From the human T2T-CHM13v2.0 reference genome, Homo sapiens, in NCBI RefSeq assembly GCF_009914755.1, contig NC_060939.1: a DNA stretch of 64,000 nucleotides; one strand, 5' to 3'. Both the position numbers and the translations under genes were made by a program. Positions 40,801 through 54,000 of the stretch are shown here, piece by piece. Position 1 is the stretch's first letter. Each line of letters starts with the position of its first letter. Under the pieces are notes generated by a model. It was not told the origin of the DNA. It was given only the letters and a program-made list of their open reading frames with translations, and did not search any database.

Positions 40801-43800
40801 GTCCATTCCATTTGTGTCCACTGCATTCCATTCCACTCCATTCCATATTATTCCATTACACTCCATTCCATTCTATTACTTTCATTTCCATTCAATTCCA
40901 TTCCATTTGATTCCATTCAACTCGGTTTCATTCCATTTGAGTCCACTCCATTCCATTCCATTCCATTCAGTTCCATTCCATTCTGTTCCATTCCATTCCG
41001 TTCCATTACATTCCATTCCATTCGGTACCATTCCATATTGTTCCATTCGATTCCATTCGAATCCATTCCATTCCAGTCCATTCCATTCGATTCCATTCCA
41101 TTCATTTCAATTCCATTCCATTCCATTCCATTACATTCCACTTGATTCCTCTCCATTCCCTTCCAGTGCATTCCGTTCGATTCCATTCCATTGCATTGCA
41201 TTCCATTCCATTGGATTGCATTCCATTCGATTCCATTCCATTCGAATCAATTACATAGCAATCCATTACATTCGAGTCTATTCTCTTCCGTTCCATTCGA
41301 TTTCGTTCCAATCCATTCGATTCCATTCCATTCGATTCCATTCCATACTATTGCATTCCATTCGATTACATTATATTCGAATAAGTTCCATTCAAGACCA
41401 TTTCTTTTGAGTCCATTCTATTTGAGTCCATTCCCTTTGATTCCATAACATTTGAGTCCATTCAATTCCATTCCTTTCGTTTCCATTCCATTTGATGCCA
41501 TTCCATTCAATTCTGTTCTACTCGACTCCAATACATTCAATTCCATTCCATCCAATTCCATTACATTCTTTTCATTTCTTATCCATTTCAAGCCATTCCA
41601 CTCCATTCCATTCCACTCGTTTCCTTTCCATTCGAGTCCATTCCTCTCCAGTCCATTCCGTTCAATCCATTCCATTCCAGTCCATTCCATTCGAGTCCGT
41701 TCCATTCCAGTCCATTCCATTCGAGTCAATTCCATTCCATTCGATGTCTTTCCATAACGATCCATTCCATTCTATTCCTTTCGATTCCATTCCATTCTAT
41801 TTCATTCCATTCGATTCCCTTCCATTGGACTCCTTTCCATTCGAGTGCATTCCATTCCGTTCCATTTCTTTCCGTTCTGTACGATTCCTACCGTTCGATT
41901 TCATTTTGTTCCAGTCCATTCCTTTCGCGTCCATTCCATTCCATTTCACTCCATTCGATTCCATTCCACTCGATTCCACTTCGTTCCATTTCATTGCATT
42001 CCATTCTATTCAACTCTATTGCCTTCCATTCCATTCCATTCGATTACATTCCATGCGATTCCATTCGAAATCGAATCAATTACATTGCAAACCATTACTA
42101 TTGAGTCCGTTTTATTCCAGTCCACTGCATTCTGGTCCATTCCATTTGATTCCATTCCATTCTATTCCATTCCATACAGTTGCATTCCATTGGATTCCAT
42201 GCTATATCTATAAATTCAATTCGAGACCATTGCTTTTGAGTCCATTCTATATGATTCCATTCCATTCAAGTCCATTACATTTGGTTCAATTCCATTCCAT
42301 TCCATTCCCTTTCATTCCATTCCATTTGATATCAATCCATTCGATTCCATTCCATTCGAGCACATTCCATTCGAGTCCATTCCATTCGATGCCATTCCAT
42401 TTGATTCTATTCCATTAGTCTCCATTCAATTCCATTAATCTCCATTCCATTCCATTCTACTCCAACTGATTCCATTCCATTCTATTCCTTTCCATTCCAT
42501 TTCATTCCATTCCATTCCATTCCATTCCATTCCATTCCATTCGTGTCCATTCCACTCCAGTCCATTCCATTCGTATCCATTCCATTCCAGTCCATTCCAT
42601 TTGTGTCCACTGCATTCCATTCCACTCCATTCCATATTATTCCATTACACTCCATTCCATTCTATTACTTTCTTTTCCATTCAATTTCATTCCATTTGAT
42701 TCCATTCCACTCGGTTTCATTCCATTTGAGTCCACTCCATTCCATTCCATTCCATTCCATTCAGTTCCATTCCATTCCGTTCCATTACATTCCATTCCAT
42801 TCGGTACCATTCCATATTGTTCCATTCGATTCCATTCGAATCCATTCCATTCCAGTCCATTCCATTCGATTCCATTCCATTCATTTCAATTCCATTCCAT
42901 TCCATTCCACTCCATTCCACTTGATTCCTCTCCATTCCCTTCCAGTGCATTCCGTTCGATTCCATTCCATTGCATTGCATTCCATTCCATTGGATTGCAT
43001 TCCATTCGATTCCATTCCATTCGAATCAATTACATAGCAATCCATTACATTCGAGTCTATTCTATTCCGTTCCATTCGATTTCGTTCCAATCCATTCGAT
43101 TCCATTCCATTCGATTCCATTCCATACTATTGCATTCCATTCGATTACATTATATTCGAATAAGTTCCATTCAAGACCATTTCTTTTGAGTCCATTCTAT
43201 TTGAGTCCATTCCCTTTGATTCCATAACATTTGAGTCCATTCAATTCCATTCCTTTCGTTTCCATTCCATTTGATGCCATTCCATTCAATTCTGTTCTAC
43301 TCGACTCCAATACATTCAATTCCATTCCATCCGATTCCATTACATTCTTTTCATTTCTTATCCATTTCAAGCCATTCCACTCCATTCCATTCCACTCGTT
43401 TCCTTTCCATTCGAGTCCATTCCTCTCCAGTCCATTCCGTTCAATCCATTCCATTCCAGTCCATTCCATTCGAGTCCGATCCATTCCAGTCCATTCCATT
43501 CGAGTCATTTCCATCCCATTCGATGTCTTTCCATAACGATCCATTCCATTCTATTCCTTTCGATTCCATTCCTTTCTATTTCATTCCATTCGATTCCCTT
43601 CCATTGGACTCCTTTCCATTCGAGTGCATTCCATTCCGTTCCATTTCTTTCCGTTCTGTACGATTCCTACCGTTCGATTTCATTTTGTTCCAGTCCATTC
43701 CTTTCGCGTCCATTCCATTCCATTTCACTCCATTCGATTCCATTCCCCTCGATTCCACTTCGTTCCATTTCATTGCATTCCATTCTATTCAACTCTATTG

Positions 43801-44136
43801 CCTTCCATTCCATTCCATTCGATTACATTCCATGCGATTCCATTCGAAATCGAATCAATTACATTGCAATCCATTACTATTGAGTCCATTTTATTCCAGT
43901 CCACTGCATTCTGGTCCATTCCATTTGATTCCATTCCATTCTATTCCATTCCATACAGTTGCATTCCATTGGATTCCATTGTATATCTATAAATTCAATT
44001 CGAGACCATTGCTTTTGAGTCCATTCTATATGATTCCATTCCATTCAAGTCCATTACATTTGGTTCAATTCCATTCCATTCCATTCCCTTCCATTCCATT
44101 CCAGTTGATATCAATCCATTCGATTCCATTCCATTC
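25805..44136. repeat. Copy B of the ~18.3 kb duplication
   Basis: Unit landmarks 26290, 28088, 29932, 31706, 33504, 35314, 37133, 38931, 40754 and 42543 equal the copy A landmarks plus 20,425, 20,430 or 20,420 and carry the same rare variants. Confidence 0.92.
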
Positions 44137-47100
44137 GAGCACATTCCATTCGAGTCCATTCCATTCGATGCCATTCCATTTGATTCTATTCCATTAGTCT
44201 CCATTCAATTCCATTAATCTCCATTCCATTCCATTCTACTCCAACTGATTCCATTCCATTCTATTCCTTTTTATTCCATTTCATTCCATTCCATTCCATT
44301 CCATTCGTGTCCATTCCACTCCAGTCCATTCCATTCGTATCCATTCCATTCCAGTCCATTCCATTTGTGTCCACTGCATTCCATTCCACTCCATTCCATA
44401 TTATTCCATTACACTCCATTCCATTCTATTACTTTCATTTCCATTCAATTCCATTCCATTTGATTCCATTCCACTCGGTTTCATTCCATTTGAGTCCACT
44501 CCATTCCATTCCATTCCATTCAGTTCCATTCCATTCTGTTCCATTCCATTCCGTTCCATTACATTCCATTCCATTCGGTACCATTCCATATTGTTCCATT
44601 CGATTCCATTCGAATCCATTCCATTCCAGTCCATTCCATTCGATTCCATTCCATTCATTTCAATTCCATTCCATTCCATTCCATTCCATTCCACTTGATT
44701 CCTCTCCATTCCCTTCCACTGCATTCCGTTCGATTCCATTCCATTGCATTGCATTCCATTCCATTGGATTGCATTCCATTCGATTCCATTCCATTCGAAT
44801 CAATTACGTAGCAATCCATTACATTCGAGTGTATTCTCTTCCGTTCCATTCGATTTCGTTCCAATCCATTCGATTCCATTCCATTCGATTCCATTCCATA
44901 CTATTGCATTCCATTCGATTACATTATATTCGAATAAGTTCCATTCAAGACCATTTCTTTTGAGTCCATTCTATTTGAGTCCATTCCCTTTGATTCCATA
45001 ACATTTGAGTCCATTCAATTCCATTCCTTTCGTTTCCATTCCATTTGATGCCATTCCATTCAATTCTGTTCTACTCGACTCCAATACATTCAATTCCATT
45101 CCATCCGATTCCATTACATTCTTTTCATTTCTTATCCATTTCAAGCCATTCCACTCCATTCCATTCCACTCGTTTCCTTTCCATTCGAGTCCATTCCTCT
45201 CCAGTCCATTCCGTTCAATCCATTCCATTCCAGTCCATTCCATTCGAGTCCGTTCCATTCCAGTCCATTCCATTCGAGTCAATTCCATCCCATTCGATGT
45301 CTTTCCATAACGATCCATTCCATTCTATTCCTTTCGATTCCATTCCATTCTATTTCATTCCATTCGATTCCCTTCCATTGGACTCCTTTCCATTCGAGTG
45401 CATTCCATTCCGTTCCATTTCTTTCCGTTCTGTACGATTCCTACCGTTCGATTTCATTTTCTTCCAGTCCATTCTTTCGCGTCCATTCCATTCCATTTCA
45501 CTCCATTCGATTCCATTCCACTCGATTCCACTTCGTTCCATTTCATTGCATTCCATTCTATTCAACTCTATTGCCTTCCATTCCATTCCATTCGATTACA
45601 TTCCATGCGATTCCATTCGAAATCGAATCAATTACATTGCAATCCATTACTATTGAGTCCGTTTTATTCCAGTCCACTGCATTCTGGTCCATTCCATTTG
45701 ATTCCATTCCATTCTATTCCATTCCATACAGTTGCATTCCATTGGATTCCATGCTATATCTATAAATTCAATTCGAGACCATTGCTTTTGAGTCCATTCT
45801 ATATGATTCCATTCCATTCAAGTCCATTACATTTGGTTAAATTCCATTCCATTCGGTTCAATTCCATTCCATTCCATTCCCTTCCATTCCATTCCAGTTG
45901 ATATCAATCCATTCGATTCCATTCCATTCGAGCACATTCCATTCGAGTCCATTCCATTCGATGCCATTCCATTTGATTCTATTCCATTAGTCTCCATTCA
46001 ATTCCATTAATCTCCATTCCATTCCATTCTACTCCAACTGATTCCATTCCATTCTATTCCTTTCCATTCCATTTCATTCCATTCCATTCCATTCCATTTC
46101 GTTCCATTCCATTCGTGTCCATTCCACTCCAGTCCATTCCATTCGTATCCATTCCATTCCAGTCCATTCCATTTGTGTCCACTGCATTCCATTCCACTCC
46201 ATTCCATATTATTCCATTACACTCCATTCCATTCTATTACTTTCATTTCCATTCAATTCCATTCCATTTGATTCCATTCCACTCGGTTTCATTCCATTTG
46301 AGTCCACTCCATTCCATTCCATTCCATTCAGTTCCATTCCATTCTGTTCCATTCCATTCCGTTCCATTACATTCCATTCCATTCGGTACCATTCCATATT
46401 GTTCCATTCGATTCCATTCGAATCCATTCCATTCCAGTCCATTCCATTCGATTCCATTCCATTCATTTCAATTCCATTCCATTCCATTCCATTACATTCC
46501 ACTTGATTCCTCTCCATTCCCTTCCACTGCATTCCGTTCGATTCCATTCCATTGCATTGCATTCCATTCCATTGGATTGCATTCCATTCGATTCCATTCC
46601 ATTCGAATCAATTACATAGCAATCCATTACATTCGATTCTATTCTCTTCCGTTCCATTCGATTTCGTTCCAATCCATTCGATTCCATTCCATTCGATTCC
46701 ATTCCATACTATTGCATTCCATTCGATTACATTATATTCGAATAAGTTCCATTCAAGACCATTTCTTTTGAGTCCATTTTATTTGAGTCCATTCCCTTTG
46801 ATTCCATAACATTTGAGTCCATTCAATTCCATTCCTTTCGTTTCCATTCCATTTGATGCCATTCCATTCAATTCTGTTCTACTCGACTCCAATACATTCA
46901 ATTCCATTCCATCCGATTCCATTACATTCTTTTCATTTCTTATCCATTTCAAGCCATTCCACTCCATTCCATTCCACTCGTTTCCTTTCCATTCGAGTCC
47001 ATTCCTCTCCAGTCCATTCCATTCAATCCATTCCATTCCAGTCCATTCCATTCGAGTCCGTTCCATTCCAGTCCATTCCATTCGAGTCAATTCCATCCCA

Positions 47101-50100
47101 TTCGATGTCTTTCCATAACGATCCATTCCATTCTATTCCTTTCCATTCCATTCCATTCTATTTCATTTCATTCGATTCCCTTCCATTGGACTCCTTTCCA
47201 TTCGAGTGCATTCCATTCCGTTCCATTTCTTTCCGTTCTGTACGATTCCTACCGTTCGATTTCATTTTGTTCCAGTCCATTCTTTCGCGTCCATTCCATT
47301 CCATTTCACTCCATTCGATTCCATTCCACTCGATTCCACTTCGTTCCATTTCATTGCATTCCATTCTATTCAACTCTATTGCCTTCCATTCCATTCCATT
47401 CGATTACATTCCATGCGATTCCATTCGAAATCGAATCAATTACATTGCAATCCATTACTATTGAGTCCGTTTTATTCCAGTCCACTGCATTCTGGTCCAT
47501 TCCATTTGATTCCATTCCATTCTATTCCATTCCATACAGATGCATTCCATTGGATTCCATGCTATATCTATAAATTCAATTCGAGACCATTGTTTTTGAG
47601 TCCATTCTATATGATTCCATTCCATTCAAGTCCATTACATTTGGTTAAATTCCATTCCATTCGGTTCAATTCCATTCCATTCCATTCCCTTCCATTCCAT
47701 TCCAGTTGATATCAATCCATTCGATTCCATTCCATTCGAGCACATTCCATTCGAGTCCATTCCATTCGATGCCATTCCATTTGATTCTATTCCATTAGTC
47801 TCCATTCAATTCCATTAATCTCCATTCCATTCCATTCTACTCCAACTGATTCCATTCCATTCTATTCCTTTTTATTCCATTTCATTCCATTCCATTCCAT
47901 TCCATTCGTGTCCATTCCACTCCAGTCCATTCCATTCGTATCCATTCCATTCCAGTCCATTCCATTTGTGTCCACTGCATTCCATTCCACTCCATTCCAT
48001 ATTATTTCATTACACTCCATTCCATTCTATTACTTTCATTTCCATTCAATTCCATTCCATTTGATTCCATTCCACTCGGTTTCATTCCATTTGAGTCCAC
48101 TCCATTCCATTCCATTCCATTCAGTTCCATTCCATTCCATTCCGTTCCATTACATTCCATTCCATTCGGTACCATTCCATATTGTTCCATTCGATTCCAT
48201 TCGAATCCATTCCATTCCAGTCCATTCCATTCGATTCCATTCCATTCATTTCAATTCCATTCCATTCCATTCCATTACATTCCACTTGATTCCTCTCCAT
48301 TCCCTTCCACTGCATTCCGTTCGATTCCATTCCATTGCATTGCATTCCATTCCATTGGATTGCATTCCATTCGATTCCATTCCATTCGAATCAATTACAT
48401 AGCAATCCATTACATTCGAGTCTATTCTCTTCCGTTCCATTCGATTTCGTTCCAATCCATTCGATTCCATTCCATTCGATTCCATTCCATACTATTGCAT
48501 TCCATTCGATTACATTATATTCGAATAAGTTCCATTCAAGACCATTTCTTTTGAGTCCATTCTATTTGAGTCCATTCCCTTTGATTCCATAACATTTGAG
48601 TCCATTCAATTCCATTCCTTTCGTTTCCATTCCATTTGATGCCATTCCATTCAATTCTGTTCTACTCGACTCCAATACACTCAATTCCATTCCATCCGAT
48701 TCCATTACATTCTTTTCATTTCTTATCCATTTCAAGCCATTCCACTCCATTCCATTCCACTCGTTTCCTTTCCATTCGAGTCCATTCCTCTTAAAGTCCA
48801 TTCCGTTCAATCCATTCCATTCCAGTCCATTCCATTCGAGTCCGTTCCATTCCAGTCCATTCCATTCGAGTCAATTCCATTCCATTCGATGTCTTTCCAT
48901 AACGATCCATTCCATTCTATTCCTTTCGATTCCATTCTATTCTATTTCATTCCATTCGATTCCCTTCCATTGGACTCCTTTCCATTCGAGTGCATTCCAT
49001 TCCGTTCCATTTCTTTCCGTTCTGTACGATTCCTACCGTTCGATTTCATTTTGTTCCAGTCCATTCTTTCGCGTCCATTCCATTCCATTTCACTCCATTC
49101 GATTCCATTCCACTCGATTCCACTTCGTTCCATTTCATTGCATTCCATTCTATTCAACTCTATTGCCTTCCATTCCATTCCATTCGATTACATTCCATGC
49201 GATTCCATTCGAAATCGAATCAATTACATTGCAATCCATTACTATTGAGTCCGTTTTATTCCAGTCCACTGCATTCTGGTCCATTCCATTTGATTCCATT
49301 CCATTCTATTCCATTCCATACAGTTGCATTCCATTGGATTCCATGCTATATCTATAAATTCAATTCGAGACCATTGCTTTTGAGTCCATTCTATATGATT
49401 CCATTCCATTCAAGTCCATTACATTTGGTTAAATTCCATTCCATTCGGTTCAATTCCATTCCATTCCATTCCCTTCCATTCCATTCCAGTTGATATCAAT
49501 CCATTCGATTCCATTCCATTCGAGCACATTCCATTCGAGTCCATTCCATTCGATGCCATTCCATTTGATTCTATTCCATTAGTCTCCATTCAATTCCATT
49601 AATCTCCATTCCATTCCATTCTACTCCAACTGATTCCATTCCATTCTATTCCTTTTTATTCCATTTCATTCCATTCCATTCCATTCCATTCCATTCCATT
49701 CGTGTCCATTCCACTCCAGTCCATTCCATTCGTATCCATTCCATTCCAGTCCATTCCATTTGTGTCCACTGCATTCCATTCCACTCCATTCCATATTATT
49801 CCATTACACTCCATTCCATTCTATTACTTTCATTTCCATTCAATTCCATTCCATTTGATTCCATTCCACTCGGTTTCATTCCATTTGAGTCCACTCCATT
49901 CCATTCCATTCCATTCAGTTCCATTCCATTCTGTTCCATTCCATTCCGTTCCATTACATTCCATTCCATTCGGTACCATTCCATATTGTTCCATTCGATT
50001 CCATTCGAATCCATTCCATTCCAGTCCATTCCATTCGATTCCATTCCATTCATTTCAATTCCATTCCATTCCATTCCATTACATTCCACTTGATTCCTCT

Positions 50101-51000
50101 CCATTCCCTTCCAGTGCATTCCGTTCGATTCCATTCCATTGCATTGCATTCCATTCCATTGGATTGCATTCCATTCGATTCCATTCCATTCGAATCAATT
50201 ACATAGCAATCCATTACATTCGAGTCTATTCTCTTCCGTTCCATTCGATTTCGTTCCAATCCATTCGATTCCATTCCATTCGATTCCATTCCATACTATT
50301 GCATTCCATTCGATTACATTATATTCGAATAAGTTCCATTCAAGACCATTTCTTTTGAGTCCATTCTATTTGAGTCCATTCCCTTTGATTCCATAACATT
50401 TGAGTCCATTCAATTCCATTCCTTTCGTTTCCATTCCATTTGATGCCATTCCATTCAATTCTGTTCTACTCGACTCCAATACATTCAATTCCATTCCATC
50501 CGATTCCATTACATTCTTTTCATTTCTTATCCATTTCAAGCCATTCCACTCCATTCCATTCCACTCGTTTCCTTTCCATTCGAGTCCATTCCTCTCCAGT
50601 CCATTCCGTTCAATCCATTCCATTCCAGTCCATTCCATTCGAGTCCGTTCCATTCCAGTCCATTCCATTCGAGTCAATTCCATTCCATTCGATGTCTTTC
50701 CATAACGATCCATTCCATTCTATTCCTTTCGATTCCATTCCATTCTATTTCATTCCATTCGATTCCCTTCCATTGGACTCCTTTCCATTCGAGTGCATTC
50801 CATTCCGTTCCATTTCTTTCCGTTCTGTACGATTCCTACCGTTCGGTTTCATTTTGTTCCAGTCCATTCTTTCGCGTCCATTCCATTCCATTTCACTCCA
50901 TTCGATTCCATTCCACTCGATTCCACTTCGTTCCATTTCATTGCATTCCATTCTATTCAACTCTATTGCCTTCCATTCCATTCCATTCGATTACATTCCA

Positions 51001-54000
51001 TGCGATTCCATTCGAAATCGAATCAATTACATTGCAATCCATTACTATTGAGTCCGTTTTATTCCAGTCCACTGCATTCTGGTCCATTCCATTTGATTCC
51101 ATTCCATTCTATTCCATTCCATACAGTTGCATTCCATTGGATTCCATGCTATATCTATAAATTCAATTCGAGACCATTGCTTTTGAGTCCATTCTATATG
51201 ATTCCATTCCATTCAAGTCCATTACATTTGGTTAAATTCCATTCCATTCGGTTCAATTCCATTCCATTCCATTCCCTTCCATTCCATTCCAGTTGATATC
51301 AATCCATTCGATTCCATTCCATTCGAGCACATTCCATTCGAGTCCATTCCATTCGATGCCATTCCATTTGATTCTATTCCATTAGTCTCCATTCAATTCC
51401 ATTAATCTCCATTCCATTCCATTCTACTCCAACTGATTCCATTCCATTCTATTCATTTCCATTCCATTTCATTCCATTCCATTCCATTCCATTCCATTCC
51501 ATTCGTGTCCATTCCACTCCAGTCCATTCCATTCGTATCCATTCCATTCCAGTCCATTCCATTTGTGTCCACTGCATTCCATTCCACTCCATTCCATATT
51601 ATTCCATTACACTCCATTCCATTCTATTACTTTCATTTCCATTCAATTCCATTCCATTTGATTCCATTCCACTCGGTTTCATTCCATTTGAGTCCACTCC
51701 ATTCCATTCCATTCCATTCAGTTCCATTCCATTCTGTTCCATTCCATTCCGTTCCATTACATTCCATTCCATTCGGTACCATTCCATATTGTTCCATTCG
51801 ATTCCATTCGAATCCATTCCATTCCAGTCCATTCCATTCGATTCCATTCCATTCATTTCAATTCCATTCCATTCCATTCCATTCCATTCCACTTGATTCC
51901 TCTCCATTCCCTTCCACTGCATTCCGTTCGATTCCATTCCATTGCATTGCATTCCATTCCATTGGATTGCATTCCATTCGATTCCATTCCATTCGAATCA
52001 ATTACATAGCAATCCATTACATTCGAGTCTATTCTATTCCGTTCCATTCGATTTCGTTCCAATCCATTCGATTCCATTCCATTCGATTCCATTCCATACT
52101 ATTGCATTCCATTCGATTACATTATATTCGAATAAGTTCCATTCAAGACCATTTCTTTTGAGTCCATTCTATTTGAGTCCATTCCCTTTGATTCCATAAC
52201 ATTTGAGTCCATTCAATTCCATTCCTTTCGTTTCCATTCCATTTGATGCCATTCCATTCAATTCTGTTCTACTCGACTCCAATACATTCAATTCCATTCC
52301 ATCCGATTCCATTACATTCTTTTCATTTCTTATCCATTTCAAGCCATTCCACTCCATTCCATTCCACTCGTTTCCTTTCCATTCGAGTCCATTCCTCTCC
52401 AGTCCATTCCGTTCAATCCATTCCATTCCAGTCCATTCCATTCGAGTCCGTTCCATTCCTGTCCATTCCATTCGAGTCAATTCCATTCCATTCGATGTCT
52501 TTCCATAACGATCCATTCCATTCTATTCCTTTCGATTCCATTCCATTCTATTTCATTCCATTCGATTCCCTTCCATTGGACTCCTTTCCATTCGAGTGCA
52601 TTCCATTCCGTTCCATTTCTTTCCGTTCTGTACGATTCCTACCGTTCGATTTCATTTTGTTCCAGTCCATTCTTTCGCGTCCATTCCATTCCATTTCACT
52701 CCATTCGATTCCATTCCACTCGATTCCACTTCGTTCCATTTCATTGCATTCCATTCTATTCAACTCTATTGCCTTCCATTCCATTCCATTCGATTACATT
52801 CCATGCGATTCCATTCGAAATCGAATCAATTACATTGCAATCCATTACTATTGAGTCCGTTTTATTCCAGTCCACTGCATTCTGGTCCATTCCATTTGAT
52901 TCCATTCCATTCTATTCCATTCCATACAGTTGCATTCCATTGGATTCCATGCTATATCTATAAATTCAATTCGAGACCATTGCTTTGGAGTCCATTCTAT
53001 ATGATTCCATTCCATTCAAGTCCATTACATTTGGTTAAATTCCATTCCATTCGGTTCAATTCCATTCCATTCCATTCCCTTCCATTCCATTCCAGTTGAT
53101 ATCAATCCATTCGATTCCATTCCATTCGAGCACATTCCATTCGAGTCCATTCCATTCGATGCCATTCCATTTGATTCTATTCCATTAGTCTCCATTCAAT
53201 TCCATTAATCTCCATTCCATTCCATTCTACTCCAACTGATTCCATTCCATTCTATTCCTTTTTATTCCATTTCATTCCATTCCATTCCATTCCATTCCAT
53301 TCCATTCGTGTCCATTCCACTCCAGTCCATTCCATTCGTATCCATTCCATTCCAGTCCATTCCATTTGTGTCCACTGCATTCCATTCCACTCCATTCCAT
53401 ATTATTCCATTACACTCCATTCCATTCTATTACTTTCATTTCCATTCAATTCCATTCCATTTGATTCCATTCCACTCGGTTTCATTCCATTTGAGTCCAC
53501 TCCATTCCATTCCATTCCATTCAGTTCCATTCCATTCTGTTCCATTCCATTCCGTTCCATTACATTCCATTCCATTCGGTACCATTCCATATTGTTCCAT
53601 TCGATTCCATTCGAATCCATTCCATTCCAGTCCATTCCATTCGATTCCATTCCATTCATTTCAATTCCATTCCATTCCATTCCATTCCATTCCACTTGAT
53701 TCCTCTCCATTCCCTTCCACTGCATTCCGTTCGATTCCATTCCATTGCATTGCATTCCATTCCATTGGATTGCATTCCATTCGATTCCATTCCATTCGAA
53801 TCAATTACATAGCAATCCATTACATTCGAGTCTATTCTATTCCGTTCCATTCGATTTCGTTCCAATCCATTCGATTCCATTCCATTCGATTCCATTCCAT
53901 ACTATTGCATTCCATTCGATTACATTATATTCGAATAAGTTCCATTCAAGACCATTTCTTTTGAGTCCATTCTATTTGAGTCCATTCCCTTTGATTCCAT

